A stretch of 64,000 nt of DNA, taken from positions 1-64,000 of the IMG/VR virus record IMGVR_UViG_3300020045_009368. The stretch is one strand, 5' to 3'. Below the pieces are notes generated by a model. It was not told the origin of the DNA, did no database searches, and saw only the letters and a list, made by a program, of their open reading frames with translations. Shown piece by piece: positions 52,754-62,580 of the stretch; positions within the stretch are counted from its first letter, which is position 1, and the number at the start of each line of letters is the position of its first letter. The translations under genes were made by a program, and so were the position numbers. Source of the stretch: a virus.

Positions 52754-52807
52754 TTTAATACTTATAGCTTTCTTAACACTAATTAACTAACATCTAACTA
52801 TTAAATT

Positions 52808-53053
52808 ATGGAAATATTATACTCATTAATTTGCATTGTATTATTCTTATTAATACTAATTTGTGTAAATAATACAAATAAATCATCCAAAATTACAAAT
52901 AAACCAAGACCAACAATAAATAAATCACAATCTTTACCACCTAAAGGGCCTAAATCTAAACGTCAATGTTTATGTGGTTATACTGAAATATGTCCATCTC
53001 AAGAAGGTATTTGTACTAATTTATGTGTTGGTGGAGATGATTGGAATGATTAA
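52808..53053 (+). CDS. Small membrane protein with Cys-rich C-terminus
   Basis: N-terminal TM helix; CLCG...C...C...C. Confidence 0.55.
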   Translation: MEILYSLICIVLFLLILICVNNTNKSSKITNKPRPTINKSQSLPPKGPKSKRQCLCGYTEICPSQEGICTNLCVGGDDWND

Positions 53054-53061
53054 AACAATTT

Positions 53062-53248
53062 AATAGTTAAATAAGGCACTGTACGTGGAGTACAGCTTAA
53101 ATAAAATATTACTTTCCCTAATAAGTCTAAATTATTATATTGTAATAAATACAACAGTATCTATAAATGTATAAAATATGTGCAACCTTTAGAAAGTTAA
53201 CAACATAATCAATTTATAATAGTATGTGAGATATACTAATTAACTATT
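53062..53248 (+). ncRNA. Stem-closed structured element
   Basis: AATAGTTAA/TTAACTATT; CTGTAC/GTACAG hairpin; 3' AGTAT-GTGAGAT-ATACT hairpin. Confidence 0.5.
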
Positions 53249-53285
53249 TATTTAAAACAATTAACTAACAACTAAAACTAATATT

Positions 53286-53510
53286 ATGAAAGTATTTCTA
53301 GTTTACAGTATTATAACAAATACATCAAAACCATCACATTATGCTTCTTATAAAACAGAAACATTAGAAGGTATGTTTGATACTAATGAACAAGCATTAA
53401 TAAAAGTAGATGAATTACATTCTAAATTTAGAGAGCTTGAAGAAGAATATCCTGAATATTATTTCACTAATGTTGAAATTAGAGAAAATATAGTACATAT
53501 ATCTAATTAA
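53286..53510 (+). CDS. Hypothetical early protein
   Basis: ORF with AACTAA...ATTATG leader. Confidence 0.6.
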   Translation: MKVFLVYSIITNTSKPSHYASYKTETLEGMFDTNEQALIKVDELHSKFRELEEEYPEYYFTNVEIRENIVHISN

Positions 53511-53542
53511 AACAAATTATTAACTGACTAAATAACAAAACA

Positions 53543-53905
53543 ATGAAAGCTTATTTTCAAAACAAACTAGTATCTATTAAAGACAAAATTAATAGTACAT
53601 CAAAACAAATCATTAAAGGTGTTGATGAATACAAATTAAATGAAATAGTGTCATTATCACAATCATTAAAAGTATTAAAACAACAGCATGAAGAGTTAAC
53701 TAAAGATGCTGTAAAGTATTTATCAGTTGATGACATCATAGGACTTGCAAATCATAAAGCATCAAGCTATTCTCCAGAAGTAGTTAATCTTCTTGATAAA
53801 TACCCTCTTGAATCTGCCTTTAAACATGATAGAACTGTAACTATTCTTGAAAGAGAAAAACTTGTTCTTACATTTGGCTATTCATTAAGAGATGCAAAAG
53901 TATAA
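53543..53905 (+). CDS. Hypothetical early protein
   Basis: 120 aa ORF. Confidence 0.6.
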   Translation: MKAYFQNKLVSIKDKINSTSKQIIKGVDEYKLNEIVSLSQSLKVLKQQHEELTKDAVKYLSVDDIIGLANHKASSYSPEVVNLLDKYPLESAFKHDRTVTILEREKLVLTFGYSLRDAKV

Positions 53906-53913
53906 CAACACTT

Positions 53914-54160
53914 TAGTCAGTCAATTACAGGTAATGCTGGGTTGACTGATTATATTAAATTAAACTCTTGTCTTATCATATGTGTAAGCTAAGTGGTGGA
54001 TTTCGTATTACCAACAAGAGTTTTATTAAACTAATAATAGTTATAATGTATGGAATTATTATATATGATTTAATCACATATATAGTGACACATAGGTTGA
54101 ATAAGTTTAATGTGATTAATTAAATACAACTGCTGGAAACGTAACATTATAACTATTATT
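53914..54160 (+). ncRNA. Three tandem stem-closed elements (53914-53952, 53962-54023, 54033-54160)
   Basis: Terminal inverted repeats, e.g. AAACTCTTGT/ACAAGAGTTT and 17-bp AATAATAGTTATAATGT/ACATTATAACTATTATT. Confidence 0.55.
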
Positions 54161-54187
54161 TTTATTAACTAACTAAACAATAACATT

Positions 54188-54343
54188 ATGAAAACAAAAG
54201 TATTTACAGAGTATGGTTCACACTTAGAATCAAAAGTAAATGAATGGTTATTAAAAAATAATAAAATTAACATTAGTTTTATAACTCAGTCATCAACTGA
54301 ATGTATAACTGTTTTAACAATATTTTATGTTGATTTAAATTAA
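54188..54343 (+). CDS. Small protein, 51 aa (below the ORF-track cutoff)
   Basis: MKTKVFTEYGSHLESKVNEWL...; typical leader. Confidence 0.55.
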   Translation: MKTKVFTEYGSHLESKVNEWLLKNNKINISFITQSSTECITVLTIFYVDLN

Positions 54344-54349
54344 TTAATT

Positions 54350-54463
54350 ATGAAAACAATAAAACATTTATTCAAACTAATATATTGTATGTGTGATAGA
54401 AGTCATTCAGACAATAATTTACCTAATCCTAAATGTACCAATTGTGGTCATTTATTACCTTAA
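54350..54463 (+). CDS. Small Cys-rich peptide, 37 aa
   Basis: MKTIKHLFKLIYCMCD...CTNCGHLLP. Confidence 0.5.
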   Translation: MKTIKHLFKLIYCMCDRSHSDNNLPNPKCTNCGHLLP

Positions 54464-54468
54464 TTATT

Positions 54469-54741
54469 ATGACAAATAAAAAAATAATAATAATTGGTGC
54501 AATGTTAGGTCATGAATTACATACTAATGCATTACATTATCATAGATTAGAAAAAATTGAACCTATTATTATAACTGGTTTAACACAAACTAAACATGAT
54601 GTATCATTACCTAATGTTTTAGATAACAATATTGTAATGAAAATGAACCACAGTTATAATACTAATTTAATAGTTAAAGACTGTATTAACAAACGTAATA
54701 AATTTGTTAATAAACCTAAATTCTTACGTAAAAAGAAATAA
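54469..54741 (+). CDS. Hypothetical protein
   Basis: Likely start MTNKK after the ATTATTATG leader. Confidence 0.5.
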   Translation: MTNKKIIIIGAMLGHELHTNALHYHRLEKIEPIIITGLTQTKHDVSLPNVLDNNIVMKMNHSYNTNLIVKDCINKRNKFVNKPKFLRKKK

Positions 54742-54906
54742 TATTAATCCCAAATCTATATTATGTCAACAATAACTAACTTACAAATTGAACAGTTTTA
54801 TAACAAAGATAATAAAACTGAAGGTTCTAATTTTACACCATTTAATAATATATCACCAACCTTGGTTAAAATTATTAAAGAGGTATTAACTAACAAATAA
54901 CAAATT

Positions 54907-55452
54907 ATGAAAAAATTATTATTAATTGTATTACTGATAACTAGTTTATCTAATGCACAACAAACAGAAAGAGATTTTAAATTTCTTTTAAGTTTAGGAG
55001 TTGATCCAAGAATGGCAACAGTAGGACCTCATGATGGGCAAGAAAATAATAAACCAACTTTAGATATTGAAGGATCTATTGGTTTTGAATGGGAAAACAA
55101 TCGTATTATGATGCAATATAAAAGTCATAAAGCAATTAATTTTGCAAAATGGACATATATTCAATATGATTTAAAAACAAATCTTTTTAAAAATGTTTAT
55201 GGTTATGGTGGTTTAGAAGTTAGTCAAATAATTAAAAAACATCCAGATGCGTTATATGATCAACCAGATAATTATAGAGATACAACTATAAATCCTATTA
55301 TTTTTGGTGCAAATTTAGAAGTTCAATGGAAGTTTAATGATGATAAATTTGGAATTGGTTCACAATTCTCAATGTATCAAGCAGAAGATGAACTAAAAGA
55401 ATATAAGAAATTTCGTAAAGAAGTTACAATTACATTATTTATGTATTTTTAA
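54907..55452 (+). CDS. Secreted outer-membrane beta-barrel-like protein
   Basis: Sec signal peptide (MKKLLLIVLLITSLSNA), amphipathic strands and terminal Phe. Confidence 0.65.
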   Translation: MKKLLLIVLLITSLSNAQQTERDFKFLLSLGVDPRMATVGPHDGQENNKPTLDIEGSIGFEWENNRIMMQYKSHKAINFAKWTYIQYDLKTNLFKNVYGYGGLEVSQIIKKHPDALYDQPDNYRDTTINPIIFGANLEVQWKFNDDKFGIGSQFSMYQAEDELKEYKKFRKEVTITLFMYF

Positions 55453-55464
55453 TAACTATTAATT

Positions 55465-55686
55465 ATGAAACATTTATTAAAAAAACTATTTTTTGCTTTA
55501 GTAGTATTACTAAGTATATTTATATTAGGTATATTTGTACCTATGATTATATCAATTTTTATTAGTATTATAACAGATGCTACATTAACAGATTGTGTTC
55601 AATCAGCAGGATTTAGAGGACTTACTATTTGTTGTATTATATTTTCATCAATTTATATTATTCATCAAGTAAAAGATTTACCTTAA
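55465..55686 (+). CDS. Small two-TM membrane protein
   Basis: Hydrophobic 73 aa ORF. Confidence 0.55.
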   Translation: MKHLLKKLFFALVVLLSIFILGIFVPMIISIFISIITDATLTDCVQSAGFRGLTICCIIFSSIYIIHQVKDLP

Positions 55687-55693
55687 ATAAAAT

Positions 55694-55864
55694 AAACCAA
55701 GACAACTGATTAGTATTAGGTGGTTGACCGATACCTATGTACGTGGTCCAGAGCTCTGTCTTGGTTTTAAAACATAAACACATTAGCAGATTAAATATAT
55801 GAAGTACATGCGTGAAGACACCGTAGTGAAATATATTTAGATCACGTTCAAAACTAATGTGTTT
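55694..55864 (+). ncRNA. Two stem-closed elements with possible pseudoknots (55694-55767, 55776-55864)
   Basis: AAACCAAGACA/TGTCTTGGTTT and AAACACATTAG/CTAATGTGTTT. Confidence 0.55.
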
Positions 55865-55979
55865 TAATAATGTATCATTTCAGTTTATATTATAATATTA
55901 AAATAAAATGAAAATTGCAATATATATTGCTAAAAAATTAACAAAATAACAACAAATATTAATCTTAAAAGCAAATGTC

Positions 55980-56705
55980 ATGGAACAGTTTAAAAGAGCA
56001 CAGGTAATAATATTACCTACAAAAGAAAAAACAGGTATTATATTAGGATTAGAAAGCAATCATTTATATAATAGAATAGGAAGATATAATGATAATCTTG
56101 GAAAAGATGGTAGTATTGAATTTCAACATTTATATATTACATCAGATGATGAAATAAAAGAAGGAGATAAAATTTATAATATTGAATTTAACAAAATATT
56201 TACAGTAAAATCAATTTATGAAACAGTATTACATGAACAAGCTATATCCTTTTTAGAAGGAGGTATTGGAAATAAAAAAGATTGTAAAAAAATCATAGCT
56301 ACAACAGATACTTCATTAAGTGAAACACATAAACAATTAGTTAAAGTAAGTGAAACAACAACTAAAGTTATAGATAATTTACCTCAACCATCACAACAGT
56401 TTGTTACTAAATATATTGAAGAATATAATAAAGGCAATGTAATTAAAGATGTATTAGTTGAATATGAAAATATTTGTCAATGTAGTAATTATATTGAACA
56501 TAGTTATAGAGTTGACAATAAAGAATGTTCAGATGATAAGGGTTATAAACTAAAAATCAATTCTAAAGACAATACTATTACAATTAAAAAACTAAAAGAT
56601 AGTTGGAATAGAGAAGAAGTAATTAAATTATTAAATAAATTTTTAGAAACTGCTTATGATGGTAAAACTAAAAATTATAATAAATGGATTGAAGAAAACT
56701 TATAA
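55980..56705 (+). CDS. Hypothetical phage protein
   Basis: 241 aa ORF. Confidence 0.65.
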   Translation: MEQFKRAQVIILPTKEKTGIILGLESNHLYNRIGRYNDNLGKDGSIEFQHLYITSDDEIKEGDKIYNIEFNKIFTVKSIYETVLHEQAISFLEGGIGNKKDCKKIIATTDTSLSETHKQLVKVSETTTKVIDNLPQPSQQFVTKYIEEYNKGNVIKDVLVEYENICQCSNYIEHSYRVDNKECSDDKGYKLKINSKDNTITIKKLKDSWNREEVIKLLNKFLETAYDGKTKNYNKWIEENL

Positions 56706-56733
56706 ATAACTAAAATAAATAAATATTAAAATT

Positions 56734-56937
56734 ATGGCAACATTACAAAAAGATCCAAACTCAAAAAGAAGTTTAAAACGTTTAAAAACAGGTATTACAA
56801 ATTCAAGACCTGTTCGTAGAGCTTTAAAAAGACTAGCTAGAGCAAAACAAGGATATTTAAATATTAATGAATGGAGAAGAATTCATTATGTTAGTGATTC
56901 AAAACCTTGTGAACCAGGAGCAATGAATTATAATTAA
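56734..56937 (+). CDS. Small basic protein
   Basis: Arg/Lys-rich 67 aa ORF. Confidence 0.55.
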   Translation: MATLQKDPNSKRSLKRLKTGITNSRPVRRALKRLARAKQGYLNINEWRRIHYVSDSKPCEPGAMNYN

Positions 56938-57004
56938 AGTAAATAGGGTTGTGTTAATAATAATCACAACCCTTAAAATTAAATAACTAAATTAAACATA
57001 AATT

Positions 57005-57394
57005 ATGAAAAATCAAAAAGAATTAACAACAGTAACTTACAACTTTGCAGACAATACTAAAGTTGTACAACCAATTAACAAACAAGCTTATTTTGATGAA
57101 AAAGGACGTAAACGTTCTATTCAACAATTACATCATGTATTTGAAACTACAGCTTTTGATAAAAAAGCTATTGGTTATACACTTGAAGGTAAAGAATCTA
57201 TTGCAGTAGCTGTTGAAGAACCTCAATTTACTAAAGTTGAGCGTTACAATGCTAAAAAAGATCACAAAGACTTTATTAAATCTAATTTAAAAGAGTTTAA
57301 CAATCAAAAAAAACAATTTCAAGCTTTAGTTGTAGATAAATTCATGAATAACAAAATGCGTGTTAGAATGAATGCTACAATTATTACTAACTAA
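57005..57394 (+). CDS. Hypothetical early protein
   Basis: 129 aa ORF with biased codon usage. Confidence 0.6.
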   Translation: MKNQKELTTVTYNFADNTKVVQPINKQAYFDEKGRKRSIQQLHHVFETTAFDKKAIGYTLEGKESIAVAVEEPQFTKVERYNAKKDHKDFIKSNLKEFNNQKKQFQALVVDKFMNNKMRVRMNATIITN

Positions 57395-57400
57395 CAATTT

Positions 57401-57459
57401 ATAAAATGTTGCTATTGCACGTACATACTATCTGTTTGAAAGTCAGATCAACATTTTAT
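57401..57459 (+). ncRNA. Stem-closed structured element
   Basis: ATAAAATGTTG/CAACATTTTAT; ATCTG..TGAAA..CAGAT hairpin. Confidence 0.5.
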
Positions 57460-57478
57460 TTTAACTAAATAATAAATT

Positions 57479-57754
57479 ATGGAAAAATATATAATTGAAA
57501 CAATATTTGTTTTTGCATTTGTTTTATCTTGTTTATTAATTAAATCAAGTAAAAAACAAAAACATACCAATATTCAAGGTGAAATTGGTAATAAATTAGC
57601 TTTAATTCATAAAATGAGTAAAACTAATAAAGAAAGTGATGGATTCTGTATTGAAAACACAGAAAGACCAATTATTCCTTATGAAAAAGAACCTGGTTCT
57701 TTCTATTTATCAGAACATATTAGTTCAGTAATTGATAAAAAACTTGTATTATGA
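57479..57754 (+). CDS. Membrane-anchored hypothetical protein
   Basis: N-terminal TM helix. Confidence 0.55.
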   Translation: MEKYIIETIFVFAFVLSCLLIKSSKKQKHTNIQGEIGNKLALIHKMSKTNKESDGFCIENTERPIIPYEKEPGSFYLSEHISSVIDKKLVL

Positions 57755-57936
57755 TAACAGTATCTATATTTGGAATTGTAATACTTATATTTGTATTACA
57801 CACAATTTTAACACATTTACTTAATTGGTTTATTAGATCTTGTGGTAATTCAGAATCTTTAGCTGTTTTAGTTGTAATAATTAATATTATAGAAATTGGT
57901 ACTTGTATTGGATTATTAAATTATTATATATCATGA
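57751..57936 (+). CDS. Small membrane protein
   Basis: Two TM helices. Confidence 0.5.
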   Translation: MITVSIFGIVILIFVLHTILTHLLNWFIRSCGNSESLAVLVVIINIIEIGTCIGLLNYYIS

Positions 57937-58457
57937 GTAATAAAAAACAAGTATTTCTTTCATTAGAAACAGCTAGACAAATGTGGAACGGATTAATTCA
58001 CGATTATCCACATATAAATAAACTAGTTGAATTATTCTTATTAGATAATTTTACTAAAGAAGAATTAGAAGCTAAAGAATTACCTAAAACTTGGGAAGAA
58101 TTAAAAAAAGTAAGTGGTTATTATATTAATCAATATTCTGAAATAGGTAGTGGTAAAGATTATTCTACATCTGTTACATCAAAAAATACATTCCCAACTA
58201 AAGAATTAGCTGAAGCATCATTAGCATTATCTCAATTATTACAATTAAGAGATGTTTATAATGGTGATTGGAAAGTTGATTTAAATAATAGACCTAATGA
58301 AACTTTATTTCTTATTTTAAATAAACATAATAATATATTTAAATCAGATACTCAAGGTGGATTAAATAGAATTTTATCATTTAAAAAAGAATCTATTAGA
58401 GATCAATTTGTTGAAAACTTTAAAGATTTAATAACTCAAGCATTACCACTATTATGA
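57933..58457 (+). CDS. Hypothetical phage protein
   Basis: Likely start MSNKK; LPKTWEE and QLLQLRD motifs. Confidence 0.6.
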   Translation: MSNKKQVFLSLETARQMWNGLIHDYPHINKLVELFLLDNFTKEELEAKELPKTWEELKKVSGYYINQYSEIGSGKDYSTSVTSKNTFPTKELAEASLALSQLLQLRDVYNGDWKVDLNNRPNETLFLILNKHNNIFKSDTQGGLNRILSFKKESIRDQFVENFKDLITQALPLL

Positions 58458-58654
58458 TACAACTAGGAAATTTTATAGCAATTTGTATTGGTATTATTAT
58501 TTATATTATATGGGGTTATTATTCTATTAAAGATATGAGTAATAATATTGAAATATCAAATAAAACAGGAATTTGGTTTTGTTTAACATTTATTATAATT
58601 TTTATATTGTTTATAATATTATTAATTTATTTAAATAAATACACAATACCATAA
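58454..58654 (+). CDS. Small membrane protein
   Basis: Two TM helices. Confidence 0.5.
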   Translation: MIQLGNFIAICIGIIIYIIWGYYSIKDMSNNIEISNKTGIWFCLTFIIIFILFIILLIYLNKYTIP

Positions 58655-58819
58655 ATAGTTATTACTGATTGAAAAAGGGTTTAGAATAGACAGTAATACT
58701 CAAAATCTCACCCAGTAACCCTGCAAAATAGTCATGCAATTGAGATTTTAAGACCCGAACTATATTTGTCTTAATCGACTTCAATATAGAAGTTAAAACT
58801 GTAGGTGAGATTAACTATT
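58654..58819 (+). ncRNA. Multi-hairpin stem-closed element
   Basis: AATAGTTA/TAACTATT enclosing four hairpins. Confidence 0.55.
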
Positions 58820-58939
58820 AATTAACAATTTAACAAATAAAATTATGAAACATTCAGTACAACAATTAAAAGAATGGTTAGCTACTAACAAAAAAGACGA
58901 TTACAAAACAATTGTAGTTTATTAAATAATATATAAAAT

Positions 58940-59161
58940 AAAACCATCTAATCCTTAAACTGGCTAGGAGTGAAACATTTAGATACAGATTCTGTTAAGC
59001 ATAATATGGAACTTATGAGAGTTAATCTTTAAATAACTTATAATAAATATTAGAACGTAAGAAATATACAAAGCAATTTATTGTGGTAGATATTATAAAC
59101 TCGGTAAATATAAAAATATTTTATTTAAACTTATATTAACGCCACTCATTTAGATGGTTTT
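58940..59161 (+). ncRNA. ~220-nt stem-closed element
   Basis: AAAACCATCTAA/TTAGATGGTTTT and GAGTG/CACTC. Confidence 0.5.
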
Positions 59162-59176
59162 TTAACAACTAAAATT

Positions 59177-59359
59177 ATGAAATACAGAGAAAATGATTAT
59201 TTTAATAATATAGATGATTATTTAATACAAGATGTAAGTATAAAATCAAACCTTGTTTCTAAATTACATTTTTATAATGGTAATTGGTATTCAAATAAAA
59301 GTTTAAACTATAAAATGACATCTGTAATTTGTATTAATATTAATGAACTATTAAACTAA
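59177..59359 (+). CDS. Hypothetical protein
   Basis: 60 aa ORF. Confidence 0.45.
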   Translation: MKYRENDYFNNIDDYLIQDVSIKSNLVSKLHFYNGNWYSNKSLNYKMTSVICININELLN

Positions 59360-59452
59360 AATTATGAAAAAACACAGAACAACAATAGTAGCTTTAGTGG
59401 TTACTATTTGGATTATTACAGAAATAATTATTAATATTAAACAAATAATATT

Positions 59453-59740
59453 ATGATAAAAGATCCTATTTTAGAAAAAGCTAATCAAATTCTTATCGAA
59501 AAAAGATTAGAACAAAGAAAACAATTTCATAAATCTAAAAGAAATAAAAGAATCATTGAAGCTGGTTTATGTCCTGAATGTGGTGAAAAATTACAAACTA
59601 TATTCAAGAAAAAAGAATATATAGGAAATCCTGAATTACCATATTCTTTTAAGAATTTAATTTCAATTACAACTTGTAATAAAAATTATACACATTATCA
59701 CAAATTAGAACATGATTATGATGATGAATATTATAATTAA
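59453..59740 (+). CDS. Zn-ribbon-like protein
   Basis: CPECG...C...H. Confidence 0.55.
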   Translation: MIKDPILEKANQILIEKRLEQRKQFHKSKRNKRIIEAGLCPECGEKLQTIFKKKEYIGNPELPYSFKNLISITTCNKNYTHYHKLEHDYDDEYYN

Positions 59741-59897
59741 TCATGTCTGAATATAAACTTCATTTAATAGGTAAAAAATCTATTAAAATTATTGAAAGGT
59801 TTGATAACTCAGTTTTAGTAAAATATGTTAAAACAGGTATTGAAGCTTCAGTAGATCCAAAACTAATTAAAACAATAACAATTAAAAACAAAAAATT

Positions 59898-60455
59898 ATG
59901 CAAAATTTAAACTTTACAAAAATCGCTTTATGGGGAGTATTAGGAATATTCTTAATCTTTATTGCGTCAACATTGATTTCATTCTCAAATAATGAAATTG
60001 AATTAAGAAACACTTTTGAACAAAAATTTGAAGAAAGAACTGCTTTCTATGATAAAATGTCAAAAGTATTTAATCAAAAATCTCAAATCGCTGTTAAAAA
60101 TGATTCTTCATTTAGAAAAAACATCGATATTATTATGTCACAACGTAAAGATTCTGAACAAGTAATGATGAAATGGATTACTGAATCAAATCCTAATGCT
60201 AATTATTCAGAAGTTGCTGTATTATATAAAGATTTAAGTAGAGCTATTGAAGCTCAAAGAGAAGGATTTTTTAATCAAGAAAAAGTATTACAAGATGTTG
60301 TTAGACAACATAAAAATTTAATACAACGATTTCCAAATAGTTTTTATAATTTATTCTTTGGTAGAAAACAATTAGTTTATAAAGTAATACAATCTACTTT
60401 AACTGAAGAAGTTATAAAAACTGGTACAGACAATAATACTAAACTTGATCTATAA
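59898..60455 (+). CDS. LemA-like membrane protein
   Basis: N-terminal TM helix, coiled coil and C-terminal IQRFPNSF..LFFG. Confidence 0.65.
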   Translation: MQNLNFTKIALWGVLGIFLIFIASTLISFSNNEIELRNTFEQKFEERTAFYDKMSKVFNQKSQIAVKNDSSFRKNIDIIMSQRKDSEQVMMKWITESNPNANYSEVAVLYKDLSRAIEAQREGFFNQEKVLQDVVRQHKNLIQRFPNSFYNLFFGRKQLVYKVIQSTLTEEVIKTGTDNNTKLDL

Positions 60456-61612
60456 TGATTTGGTATGCAATACTTATCCCACTAGTAATATCATTAGTGG
60501 GATATTTTCTATACAAGCATAAATTTGCTTGGTGGGAATTATTTTTACCTGTAATCATTTCATTAATCACAATTATAACATCTTTTTATAGTATGAAATC
60601 TTATACTTTAAGTGATGTTGAATATAATGGTTATTTAATTACTGAAGCTAGATATTATGAATCTTATGAAACATGGGTTAAAAAAACATGTTCATATACT
60701 ACATGTAGTGGTTCAGGTAAAACTAGAACTTGTACAACACATTATTATGATTGTTCATATTGTGATTATAATTCTGAATATTGGGTTATGGTTGATACTA
60801 AAGGTAATGAAATTGGTATTAGTGAGCAAAAGTATAATCAATTAATTAAAAAATGGTCAGCTACACCTAAATTTGTAGAATTAAATAGAAATATTAATTA
60901 TCATGGTAGTTGTGGAAAAGATGGAGATATGTATTCTATTAAATGGAATAAACATATTCAAACATCTGAAACATCTACATATGAAAAAGAATTTACTAAT
61001 ATTTTAAAATGTAATCATTCTGCATTTAATTTCCCAATTATAGAAAAAAAAGATGCTATTAAATTAGGTTTGTATGAATATCCTATAATAGGAGAATATA
61101 ATAAACAAAATTCTGTAATAGGTCTTAGTCAATTAAATATTAAAGGTAAAAAACAATTACAAACAACAATGAATTATCTTAATGGTAATTTAGGTGTTTC
61201 TAATAAAGTTAGAGTTTATACTTTGTTTTTTGTAGATAAAGAAATTGATATTGCTTTTAAACAAGAAGCCTATTGGGATGGTGGTAATCAGAATGAATTA
61301 GTTGTATGTATTGGTGTTGATAAAATAGGTAATATTAAATGGTGTAAACCTTTTACTTGGTGTGATAATAAAAGAATGATTGTAGATACTAGAGAAGATA
61401 TTATGAATATGAAATCTATTAATAGTACTAAAATGTATAATATCTATAAAAATAATATTATGTTATTTTGGAAATATAAATCATTTAAAGATTTTAATTA
61501 TTTATCATTTGAACCTTCAACAGGACAATTAATATTTGTTTATGTATTAACTACAATTATATCATTATTGTTAACAATATGGTGTATATATAATGATATA
61601 GATAACGAATAA
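60455..61612 (+). CDS. Membrane protein with Cys-rich loop and TPM-like C-terminal domain
   Basis: Two N-terminal TMs, CSYTTCSG...C...CSYC, YWDGGNQNELVVCIG and a C-terminal TM; translationally coupled to the LemA-like gene. Confidence 0.55.
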   Translation: MIWYAILIPLVISLVGYFLYKHKFAWWELFLPVIISLITIITSFYSMKSYTLSDVEYNGYLITEARYYESYETWVKKTCSYTTCSGSGKTRTCTTHYYDCSYCDYNSEYWVMVDTKGNEIGISEQKYNQLIKKWSATPKFVELNRNINYHGSCGKDGDMYSIKWNKHIQTSETSTYEKEFTNILKCNHSAFNFPIIEKKDAIKLGLYEYPIIGEYNKQNSVIGLSQLNIKGKKQLQTTMNYLNGNLGVSNKVRVYTLFFVDKEIDIAFKQEAYWDGGNQNELVVCIGVDKIGNIKWCKPFTWCDNKRMIVDTREDIMNMKSINSTKMYNIYKNNIMLFWKYKSFKDFNYLSFEPSTGQLIFVYVLTTIISLLLTIWCIYNDIDNE

Positions 61613-61756
61613 AACAATAACAAACCATTAATTAATAAATATGAAAATAAACATTATGAAGTGGTTAAATGATAGTATTCTATCAAATAAAATATTGGGA
61701 ATTGAGCAAAAGCTCTCTAAGAAAAGTAGATAACAAGTCTTCCACTACTATATTTT

Positions 61757-61838
61757 AAAATGTGATCGTCTAGTGCCACTTAAGACAGCAGTACATCCAG
61801 TATTGAAAACGTAGGTTGAAATCCTACAATATCATTTT
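61757..61838 (+). tRNA. Degenerate tRNA-like cloverleaf (pseudo-tRNA; TCC at anticodon position)
   Basis: GTCT/AGAC D arm, CAGTA-CATCCAG-TATTG arm and GTAGG-TTGAAAT-CCTAC T arm; imperfect acceptor stem. Confidence 0.5.
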
Positions 61839-61954
61839 GTCGCTCAGCTATATATCCAGGCTTAATCAAATAATGGATTGTAAAGAAATATAGAGTTCTA
61901 TAATTGATTTAGAACTCTATATATTTCTATTAACTAACTAAACAATAATAAATT

Positions 61955-62233
61955 ATGAATATATTAGCACAATACAATAATCTTTTTAAAAAAGATGAAT
62001 TAGTATATATTGAAGATCCAATTTTAAATATTAAAGGTTTAGCTAAAGTAGTAAATACTTGTTATTTATCAGAATTACCTAAATCAGAATTACCTTATGG
62101 TTGGAGATATGGATTAAATTTTCCTCAAATAATTGTACATTTTGAAAATGAAAAAGATCCTAAAGCACATGTTTTATATCCTTGTGATGAATTTAAATAT
62201 ATTAAAAAACTAATTTGTCCTGTAAAAGAATAA
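61955..62233 (+). CDS. Hypothetical protein
   Basis: 92 aa ORF. Confidence 0.55.
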   Translation: MNILAQYNNLFKKDELVYIEDPILNIKGLAKVVNTCYLSELPKSELPYGWRYGLNFPQIIVHFENEKDPKAHVLYPCDEFKYIKKLICPVKE

Positions 62234-62348
62234 ATTATGGATTTATATCAAAAACTACTATTCTCTAATGGAGAAATTGTATATCAATATATATTTAATA
62301 CTGTTGATTTAAATAATGGATTAAAAAATAACTAAATTTAATTAAATT

Positions 62349-62579
62349 ATGGAAACATTAATAATAATTTTATATGTAATAATAACACAAATTATATGTT
62401 ATTATATTAATAAATCAATTCTTAAAAAAACTCTTAAACACGATAGTGTTTACAATTGGGGATTAGTTAATACTAATTTACTAATGAGTTTTTTTATAGC
62501 ACCGTCTGTAATCTATTGGATATTAGTATTTATACTAAATTTACCAAGATTACCAGAAGAACCACCTAAATGGTTGTAA
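62349..62579 (+). CDS. Small membrane protein
   Basis: Two TM helices; PPKWL C-terminus. Confidence 0.55.
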   Translation: METLIIILYVIITQIICYYINKSILKKTLKHDSVYNWGLVNTNLLMSFFIAPSVIYWILVFILNLPRLPEEPPKWL

Positions 62580-62580
62580 A

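Noticed and set aside
61641-61748. Another structured element (AGTGG/CCACT with three hairpins) overlapping a 30-codon ORF
   Set aside because: The closing stem is short, and coding versus structural roles cannot be separated by eye.
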